From the NCBI RefSeq assembly GCF_009914755.1, contig NC_060928.1: a stretch of DNA of 64,000 nt; one strand, written 5' to 3'. The notes below the pieces were generated by a model. That model was not told the DNA's origin, searched no databases, and saw only the letters and a list, made by a program, of their open reading frames with translations. Positions 53,696-64,000 of the stretch are shown in pieces. The stretch comes from the human T2T-CHM13v2.0 reference genome, Homo sapiens. Position 1 is the stretch's first letter. Every line of letters starts with the position of its first letter. The position numbers and the translations under genes were made by a program.

Positions 53696-56132
53696 TCAGA
53701 AGCACATTATCTCAGTAATGCTATGTAAGTTCTGAATGCCTAGAGTTTGTAACTGATTCAAAATTTAAAAAGGAGGAAAAACATTGTTTCTCCAGCATTT
53801 ACCTTAAGGAAAAGCTTTTGTTTAATTTCTTTTTTTTTCATGGAGGATTGTATATTTGCTCATTATTGTCTATATATTTATATTCTATATTTGGATATTA
53901 TTAAGAAAATTGTACCCAGCTAAAATGTAAATAATTCAGGTGAACAAACGCATTAATATTTTACTCAAGAGTCCATGTTTATTGCTACAGTATTTAAACA
54001 TGGAGATAAAGTGGTTTAATAGAACTCAGGGATCATAATTTTATGTGAGAGTCCCACCAAATTTATTGTTACAATCTCAAAAAGCTAATAAGAAAAGTAA
54101 ATTATTTGCAGCCAAATCAAGTGGATTAAGACCCCAAGGAGGTGGGAAGCAAAGAAATCAACCTCACACTTAGAGACATACACTTTAAAAGAGAGAGGGA
54201 CTCTTTTTTTCTAAGAGACCTCATGGAAGAAAGAAAAGGGTATATGGTCTGGAGATGTTTGAGAGAGAGAATACATCTGAGAAACAGCTTGTCTGTAAGG
54301 TGGAACCATCATTTGAGCATTAAAGGTTTTATGGTTTAAGACAGTGTAGTCTTGGTCAGGGACACCACGTGTAGCTAGCTGCACAGCTTCAGGCGACACC
54401 ATTCAAATGGACTATGATGTGGTTCCCATGGACTAGAGTACATCCAGGTTGTGAATGCAGTTAAAGAGCATGTTTCAGTATTTGTACAAAAGCCAAATTT
54501 AATGAGTTGATACGTAAAAGTTTATTTCTCTTGTCTAATAAAAAGCCCATAATTTATATGGTAGCTCTAAGATGCCATCAGGAACTGCCCTTCTTTCTCT
54601 TCTGCCATCTTGAGTAACTTTCATCTTCATTTTCACTTCAGTCTTTGGTAAGATAGCCAACTTCTTCCATGTTGCCTAGGGCTTTCTCTGTTTTAAAATG
54701 AAAGGTCACATGTCTAGGAAAACTCCGCAGTCCCTGGTTTTACCAGGAGGGTTGGTCACCCTACAAGGTCTCAAAATGGCATTCTACCACCAGCTCCTCT
54801 TATCCATTAGAAACAGAAGATGAGGGAAGAAGTAGTGAATAAGTGGTAACTGGCACCTATATCAGGAAAATAAAACTTTTTGAATAATTGTCAGCACATT
54901 TGTACTTACATCTAATTTACCAGAACTACACAAGGTAGGTAGGGAAGTAGAATATATTAGCTAGACACATTGCTGCTCTAAAAAAAAATCAGAGTTCTAT
55001 TAATATTGGAAAGAATTAGATAAATTATATTAGGAAGAAATTAGAAGTGTCTGCATAACTTTGAGGCTTTCTATAGTATTCTCAGTATCTCTGGAACACA
55101 GTGCAAACAATAAAGGCAAACTGGGGCTGGCGATTGTCAAAAAAAGAACACCAGAAGGCCAAGGAAACATTATTTAGGGATATGCATATCATTATTGAAA
55201 TGATTCATTATGCAATACATACTGGAGAGAAATCAGATAAAACTAGGAATAGTGTTACCTATTGAGAAAATGGTAGAAGGGTTAAGAATTTAGAATAAAA
55301 TATCAAGATTTCTTTTAGCTCCTGGGGAAAATACCTATATGAGATTTATTTCACTTCATTGGAAACAGATTGCCTTCAACTTAATATTTACCAAGTAGTT
55401 CTCTTTTGTTCATCTTAACATCCTAAACTTTAAGGAGGAAACTTTATGTAAAACTTATATTAAAATGATATTTCTGTTACACTGATAACAAATGAACAAA
55501 GAAATTAACAATGAAAAGGAAAATCAAATAGAAAAAGAGGTAGTGATTTGATAACTGAAGGATTTTTTAAAATTTATTTCAGTGAATATGTGTGTGGAAA
55601 GTTTAGCTAAGCATCTCAATGTCCCATGACAGTTTGAATAGATTATGAATCAAAAAGGAAAGCCCTTCATCTGCAAGTCATAAGTGACAACTGAATTGAA
55701 AACATCACCTTGTACTTAAATTAGACCACACTTGAATTAGTATTATATGTGTTTATTCTGACTGGGAATAAATAGTGCAGTAAGAATCCCTATGAAAGAC
55801 ATAATGTTTATATGTGAATGTTCCAATTTCTCCTAGTTATAGTTAATGGGATTAAAATACAATTTAATCCAATCCAGTGATATTTAAATAAATATACTTT
55901 AGAGAATTAGTAAAATATAATAGGTCTGGAATTATTCAAATTTTTCTTTGTGTCTACAAATAAATGAGAATGAAGTGACAGACTTAATAGACTAAGATTG
56001 TGAACATGCTGATAGTAGGAATTTTCAAATGTCATGGTGAAATATAAAACAACCTTTTGGAAAGAAATAACATAAATTTGATTTTAAGGTGTGGACCTCA
56101 TTTTGATTAAATACTATTAAATATTAATTATT

Positions 56133-56429
56133 ATTATTATTATTTGAGAAGGAGTCTCACTCTGTCGCCCAGGCTGGAGTGCAGTAGTGTGATCTTTGCT
56201 CACTGCAACTTCCACCTCCTGGGTTCAAGAAATTCTCCCACCTCAGCCTCCTGAGAGCTGGGATTACAGGCACGCACCATCATGCCTGGCTAATTTTTTC
56301 TGTATTTTTAGTAGAGATGGGGTTTCACTATGTTGGCCAGGCCGCTCTCAAAGTCCTAACCTCAGGTGATCTGCCCACCTCAGCCTCCCAAAGTGCTGGG
56401 ATTACAGGCGTGAGCCACCACACCCAGCC
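56133..56429 (-). mobile_element. AluSx-like element with (TTA)n tail and TSD
   Basis: Full reverse Alu; TSD TAAATATTAATTATT at 56118-56132 and 56430-56444. Confidence 0.93.
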
Positions 56430-56640
56430 TAAATATTAATTATTTCTTTCAATACTATTATACTAAGGATCTGATACAGGGTGAAAAAAAACATATAGAG
56501 TAGATGATATAGATATATCGTAATTATTTTTGAGTCAGGACATGGTGAACATAAAATGATTAATTTCTCAGAGAAAGAATCCTCCCTTATAACATTTAAA
56601 AGTGCAAATTGGAGATTCTATATATTTATATAAAGATGGT

Positions 56641-56875
56641 TGATATGTTTTGGATATTTGTCCCACCCAAATCTCATGTAATACCCAGTATTGGAGGTGG
56701 GGCCTAGTAGGAGGTGTCTGAGTCATGAGGGTGAATTCCTCATGACTTGTTTGTGCCCCATGGCTTGCTTGTGCTATTTTTGCTACAGTGAGTGAGTTCT
56801 CATGAGATCTGGTTGTTTAAGAGTATATGGCACCTCCCCCAACCCTCAGTCTTCCTCTTGCTCTCACCATGTGCA
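56641..56875 (+). mobile_element. MSTA-like MaLR LTR, 5' part
   Basis: TGATATG.TTTGGATATTTGTCCCACCCAAATCTCATG...GTGAGTGAGTTCTCATGAGATCTGGTTGTTTAA...GGCACCTCCCCC. Confidence 0.8.
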
Positions 56876-57244
56876 CTTTCCACCCATGGCTTCTTCTCAA
56901 CATGGTGCTTTCAGAGTTCCCTGAGAGTTTAGGAAGGATGCATAAATCCTCTTGAGAACTAGATTCTGGAACTCAGTGTTACTTCTGCCAGAGAAATTCA
57001 CAAGGACAGCCTAGATTTAAGAGGTGGGGGAATAGATTTCACCTCTTTATGGGATAAGGTACAAAACATTATGATCATACTTGTAAAGTAACAGAAATGG
57101 AAACCCTTAATAATTTGATAAACAATATAAAAGCTTCACCAGAAAAAGCAAAAAGCACACATACACAAATTCTATGTTAATTTTAAAGGAATGATGCCCT
57201 TCTATGTCATAGGACCCCAGAACTTAAAACTTTGATTTAACCAG

Positions 57245-57528
57245 CTGAAATAACTCAGAAACAGAAAATAAAGTATGGCATGTTCTCACTTATAAGTGGG
57301 AACTAAACAATGGGTATGCATGAACATACAGAGGGAAGTAATAGACACTGGAGATTCCAAAAGGGAAAAGCATCGGAGACGGATGAGGTCTGAAAAATTA
57401 GCTACTAAGTGTAATGTTCACTGTTTCAGTGGTGGGTATACTAGAAGCCCAGTGCCCCCACTACACAATATATGCATGTAACAAAAACTGCACGTGTAAC
57501 CCCTTGATCTATAAAAATTAAAAAAAAA
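57245..57528 (+). mobile_element. L1 (PB/MA-type) 3'UTR end with poly(A)
   Basis: GCATGTTCTCACTTATAAGTGGGAACTAAAC...AATAGACACTGGAGA...CTGCACGTGTAACCC then an A-run. Confidence 0.85.
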
Positions 57529-57534
57529 GTCCTG

Positions 57535-58410
57535 CTGGTCGGTGCTCAGAAGGAAGTGAGGAATATATTATTGGAAACTGGAGGAAGGGAGATCCTTGCT
57601 ATATAGTAGCAGAAAGCTTGGAAAAAATTGCTAAATGTAGACAGCAGACCTTATAAATGATGAACTTGGATATTGGGTTGAGGAGATTTCTAAGCAAAGT
57701 GTTGAAGGTGAAGCCTGGTTTCTTCTTTCTGCTTATAGTAAAATGTGAGAAGGCAGATAAACTGAGGAAAGTACTTTTCAATTCAAAGGAACCATACTTG
57801 ATGATTTGGGAAATTCTCAGCCTATATGGATGGCAAAAGATGCAAAAATTAAGAGATTGCTTCTGAAAGTATGCCACAGAGAGAAACTCAGGATGTGACT
57901 GTACAACTTTTTGCCGCAACCTCAGAAAAATCAAAAGGGCAGAGTGTTAAATACAAGAGATTAAAGGTATTTATCATAGCTCTTCTCAATCAAACCAGAG
58001 AGCCTCTAGGAAGCTTATTGGCATCGTCCCTCAGCCATGTCAGCAGAAGCCAAAAATAGAGAACGAATTATCTCAGAAAAATCTGTGGATGACTTTTTGT
58101 CTAATGGAATGAACTGTGAAATCTACGAAAAGCCCACAAAGTAATTGGGAATATTTTATGAGAAGAACTCACAGCTGAGACTGAAAGGGACAGAGACAAT
58201 ATGAAGAAGAAGAAGACTCTCTTAACCCTGAATTTATCCAGGCAGGAAGAAGGGGCTATTAAAACTACTCATCAACAACACATGCTACCTTTTATGAAAA
58301 AGAAAGGATGACTCAAAGCCAAGATCCAGAGGACACAGTGGAAATCTACAGAAGATATTCCCAGGCCTTGAAACCTAATGGAGTTTTCTCAGCTGGATTT
58401 AAAACTGCTT
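57535..58410 (+). mobile_element. MaLR internal (MLT-int) remnant
   Basis: ATTGGAAACTGGAGGAAGGGAGATCCTTGCTATATAGTAGCAGAAAGCTTGG and GAGGAGATTTCTAAGCAAAGTGTTGAAGG are typical MaLR internal motifs. Confidence 0.7.
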
Positions 58411-61400
58411 CAATTTTCCTCATTTTGGGAGCAGAATGTTTTTAACTGTGTTTTCTATTGCCATGTAACACATGATCAAAAATGCAGTGGCTGAGCAGAG
58501 GTACCTGAGACAGGCTCCAGTGTTCTCTTGTATCCAGTGTGGTATGAGTGAAAATCATGTGTTTGTTATATGCTTTGGAAGGTCTCACACATACGTGAGA
58601 TCTAGTCATCTAGATTATGGTTTAAGTAGGATTAAGGAAGGAAAAGCAGTAACTTACATGGACCAACAACCAGAGAACCAATGAGAATATGGACATTTTT
58701 AGCAGAAACCAGTGTGACTATATGATAACAACCATTAATCAGACCATCCTCTTTCCATTTCCTGCTGTTTCTTACTCTACTATATTTGGGCACAGAGGAA
58801 TCCCTTGGAACATAGATCTAATTTCAAGGATCAGTGGGAAGATAGACTCTGAATTGAGGAAACCCGGCATTGACTGAGGAAACCCAAAATTTTTTCTGAG
58901 GTTATCCTAAATTGACTGAGATTCTGAGATTAAGTTTCTAATATTCAGCAAAAGGGGAGCCAAAATAAAAAAAAGTTTGAATTACGGAAAAAGTATAATC
59001 ACATTTCATGCACATTGAGTTGAAGACTAAATTTTTTTTACATGTTGAACTTCCAATGTGGGTCGTATAACATTTTATTTACTTTATTTGTTGGCAGTTC
59101 TGTCTTCTTCATGTAGATTGTAAACATTTGAAAGGTGGTAAATTGGTCTTACTCGTTTTGGTATTACCAATGACTGCGTGCTACTTGCTCACAAAGGTGC
59201 CCAAGTACATGTTGAATAATAAATACTTACCATCTTTGATTATTGTATCTTTGATACAACATCCTTGTGATTCTTTTATGAATAAAAAAGGTATTTCTGA
59301 GTGGTCACTATAATGGTTTAAAAATATAAACTTTTTCTCGTTTAAAATTCATTTATTTCTTCTTTTTTGATTGTATTGGTAATACGAAGAAAAGGAAAGT
59401 AAAAGAATAAATAGGAAAAAGTAATTATATGTTTTACTGACATGGAAATTGGATTCTAATCTTCAGTACCCATATATACACATTTAAAGTAAACAGTGAG
59501 TCACTGTTTTTGTGAGTGTACTATTAGCCTTTGAGAGTTAATTAATAGAGATGTAAGCTAACATTAGCTAAATGAAAAAGAAAAAAGATAATGATAAACA
59601 TATTTAGATCATTTCATGCAATAAGAATGAGTTAACAGAAAGGTCCAAGGGATCTTGTTCTAATTCTATTATGTATACTTTAATATTTCTATAGGGTATA
59701 TTTAAAAATTCAAATGCCAAACAGTATAAGATAAGAAAGAGCAATTATATATAGGTGCTTGATTATGAAATTGCCCTAAAACAATTCCTTTATCATTTAT
59801 GTAGATTTGGGGGCAAGAGATATTAGTTATAATTGAGAGGTATTTAGCAATGTGTGCTTGCATGTGTGTGCATGCTTGTACCCATATATATCCACATAAA
59901 TATTAAATCTCTTAAACTTTAAATTGAGAAATATGAATTTATAAAACCTGAAATCAACCAGCATCCAACAACATACCTGTAATTGTCTACCTCAATATTA
60001 TTAAACTTTGTGAGAGAATACAATATTAATTAAAAACACACTCCCAGACTTGACGTATATATACTGGATTTGGAAAAAGAAAACAATACTGATAAAATAA
60101 CTGAAGAATATTTATAGAATATGCCACAAAGTGAAGTCAGCCTCTACATTTTAGACCCTGTTCTGTGATTTGCAAGTTGACATCAAGCCAAATATGTTAC
60201 CACCTGTTGCATTCAATTTAACTTTATAAGTTCAACATGATCATAGACGATATTATACTAACAAGAAACAGCTGACTATATATTTTTTAACTATTTAAAA
60301 TACAATAATCAGGAACTATTTTACTTTAACACTGAGTGGTATATTTTCTAAGACCTCCCGCTTAGATGGCTTCTTTTGACTGGACAAAGGGTGGGCAGCT
60401 GACTCAAGTCAGAGGATTTATTGATTGATCGGGCAGCCTATAGGGTGAAGAGGCCTGAAAAGTTCTGCAAAAACTGGGATGAATTGGACCAATAACATTG
60501 TACACTATGGAGCAGATATTAGTATCCACAGAGAAAATTAGGCAGGTAACAGCAGGAGCTAGAAATGAAAGGATGCAGATACCATGAATTCCTGGATCAT
60601 AATGGGTCATGTTAAAGCAGAAGTTATGAGAACACAGAAATTATCAATAAGCAGGACAGCTAAGGTAATAAAAAATAAGAAAATTATAAAATCAGTTTGT
60701 AAGAGAAACCAAAAAATAAAGACTCCAAAAAGGAGGCACAGGAATGAAACTAGTGGGATCATGTTCATTGAAGAATCATGAATTTTTGCTTCTGATGTCC
60801 CTAGTGCTGCCTTGAATCTAGTTCCAACCCCACACGTCCTGATTCTACTCGGGATCTTACTCAGCTATTTCTGTATGTCTCATCTCTCTCATTGAGCCTT
60901 ATGTTAAATCTCTGTTACTTGAGATTGTTTAAATGACTTTGTTCCTTGCAGCCAAAAGAGCCTGATCAAACATTATGTTTTAGGTGCTTGGGATACAAAG
61001 AATCTCTGTACCTACAGAGTTTAGTCACCTGAAATAAGGAAAACATTATAAATAGATGATTCAGAATATATATGATAAATACTGAATCATTATTCCCGCA
61101 ATGGATATCATATTTTTTTCTGATTTTCATAATCCCACAAACATATAAATTCAGGCCTAAACTCTTCTTTGACTTTTGTTTCTTTTTTGCAAAAGTTGTT
61201 GGACAACACCATTTGAATGACCAGTGAAATTCATCCATGGCTTATCTCATTATTTTCAACAAAAAAACTTTCTGTCCTTCTAATTTTAGTTAATGTCACT
61301 AGGATACATCCAGTAATATTGGTTTGACACCATCGTGTCTTTTTTTATTTCATTTCTGTCAATTCTAACAATCTAACAAGACCCATAAATTGGTCTTCCT

Positions 61401-64000
61401 CTTTTCTCTTTCCTATACTAGCTAGAGTCCCTTAAATGGTTTCTTTGTAAACCAGCTTCAAAATTAGTGTTAGTAAGAACAGCTCTGATAGGTCATTCAT
61501 CCCCCCTTCTCAGAAACTCTCAGTAGATTCTTATTGCTACTAAGTCAAATCCTGATTCTCTGACCTCTTTCAAGATCAAATTTGGTTTCCAGTACTAATA
61601 CTCATCATTACTCTATATATAATTTCCACTTTGGTGAAACTGGGTAAGCACTAGATGTTTCTATGTGGTTCGCCTTCCCTGCATGTGCCCATTCTCTTCC
61701 CTCTATTAGCATGTCCTTCCCACATTTTTTTTCTTTTTTTTTTTTTAACCTATCAAAGTTCTGTTTCTTCTTTCTATCTTTCAGGTATAATTTAAATCCC
61801 ATTTTTTAAAAAGTGTATTTTCTTAAACTTGTCACCAAATAAATTCTTTCTTACTGAATTCTCATAGCAATTGGTTTGGACATCTCTAATGATAAATACT
61901 GATTATTTATGTAACTTATTTCCACTCTCATACTCAATAAACTTTTTAAAAGCAGGGACCATACATATTCATTATTGTATTATCCACCCCTATCCGTTAC
62001 GCTGCTTCGGCATTGCTATTACTCAGGGACTGTTGTTGAATAAATAAATGTACTATGACTAACGCAGGGAACCACAGAACTACTTTTATAAAAAGCAACC
62101 TCATTTAATATAGCCACAACATGATATTTTCATTTTAATTCAAATGAACATATCTTTCCATCCCACACAAATCTGTTCCTCCTCCTGGTTCCCTCTTACT
62201 GTTTGGCTACATTATCTACTTGGTTGCCCAAGTCAAAAACCTAGGATTCACTATACACATTTTTTTTCTCTTCGTAATAAACTATATATTTTTCCTACTA
62301 AATATATTTTATATCTGTCCTTACTTCACTTTCTCATCATTACTATTTAGTTAAGATTTTCATTATCTCTCTTTTCTGGTACTCCTGCTTCAGTTTCAAC
62401 CATCTTCTACACTATTGCAGAGCAATCTATCTTCCATGCTACTGCCAAAATGATCTTTTGAATACAAAGAAGTATGAACATCATTCTTCTTTGTTAAATT
62501 TTTTTCTCATTGACTGCCCTTAATCTATGTTAGAGCTAATATCTTGCATATGGCCTTTTGTGATGTGTCACCTAACTAGCAGTCCAAGTTATCTCTTGAT
62601 CTTTTTCCCATATACACTATATGCATAATAAATTACTTGTGTACATTATACTTTCATACTTTTAAAGCATTCTGTGTAGGGACAAGGATTATTTTCTTTA
62701 AACACTTATACCCTCAGAATTCAGTGGAGTGCATTTCACCATCATTTAAAAGGCACATGGTAAATTCTTTTGAAATAATGAATTAATAAATATAAATTAT
62801 AGGAAAGGGAATTCTTATATTTCTTAAATCTTAAATCATTCTATATTTCATTGTCAGTAATTATCAATCTTTTAAGGAGTAAAAGAAACATTAAGCATTA
62901 TCTTTGTTCATTGCAAAGGAATGGCCATAAATAAAACTTATGACTTGAGGCAGCAATAACGTAGCCAGAATTTTTATTTCCTTTAGTATTAAAAAGTAAA
63001 ATGAGTAACCAACACTATAAATAGAATGCTAGATTATGCTTGAATTTACTATTTCACAAAATTTAAAAACACATACAACATTCTGTATTTTAGAAATGTG
63101 ACAACATAAAACATGTTTATGGAATTTTTCGATGATGAGGATAATTGAACTGGCTTTTTCAGAAATTATTATTATCACTACTTTGGTCATCCTACTGCCC
63201 TTAAAACCTATATTATGTTAAAGAGAAAGGATGAAGAATTGTCTCTCCTTGGGAAGATACACAAATTCTTATGTCTTTGGCAAAAAATATATCACAATAA
63301 TAAGAAATATTATACTTCAATAAAAAGTAAATATATTTTATACCACAACAGTTGGCATAAAATTGGGCAGTATTCTCTCTGTGGGACTCACCTTATAGAT
63401 GAGAAACAATAAAGTAATTTTAGAGGATTAACAAGCTCCATAAATCTTACTCTTCTCAAGTTAGCAGCTTTATTTCTCTAGCTGAATTTAACTTCATTTT
63501 ACATTCTATTTTATAGATGTAAGTCAGAGTTTTAAATATAATTAATATAAATTAACATTTAAAGATATATTAATGTATTAATTATCCAGAGCTAAGACAG
63601 GTTATTTGGTATCCCAGTATTTTTCCTACACCAAAACTGTGTCAAGAACACTACAATAAAAAATGAACAATAGAATTTTTAATGAAAGAAAGTACCTTGG
63701 ATCCTAATATGTGAAAAGAAAGGCTACAATATAGTACACTGTAAAATATTCACTTTATCCTGAAATGATCATAAAATAATATGCTCAATTGATTCAGATG
63801 TTTGTTTTATAGCTTTACAAATCAAATTTCATCATTTATTAATACGAAAATCTAATTATTGGGCTTTTACTGCTAAATATTATTATAGATCCTAAAAGTA
63901 CATTGTTTTAGTCAATTCTCATAACTCTGTAAAGTATAAACTATTTTCAGTACTTTACCAAAGAGAAAACTGAGACATGGATTGGTTAAGAGACTTTCCC

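Overview
Human genomic DNA (two AluYb8-type elements, a human-specific subfamily) holding almost all of ANKRD50 on the minus strand plus ~17 kb of repeat-rich upstream sequence. Gene model read from splice signals: CpG-island promoter and non-coding exon 1 (~47221-46947); exon 2 (45763-44489, 763 nt of 5'UTR then ATG at 45000); exon 3 (13395-13166); a 3551-nt exon 4 (7024-3474, stop at 3479-3477); and a 3'UTR-only exon 5 starting at 2004 and running off the window. The coding pieces (512+230+3548 nt) join in frame to a 1429-aa protein: N-terminal NACHT/STAND-like P-loop NTPase, ~18 ankyrin repeats, Ser-rich tail, C-terminal PDZ ligand (ETPL). The rest is Alu, L1, L2, MIR, MaLR/ERVL LTRs and Tigger/Charlie fossils; repeat subfamily names come from recalled consensus sequences, not a database search. 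I found no CRISPR array, RNA gene or second credible protein gene, and no evidence of a wholly new system. Best leads: the intact NLR-like motif set in ANKRD50, a uAUG-dense 5'UTR with a perfect-Kozak uORF inside a hairpin, a 31-bp intronic palindrome, and two young AluYb8 insertions in one intron.
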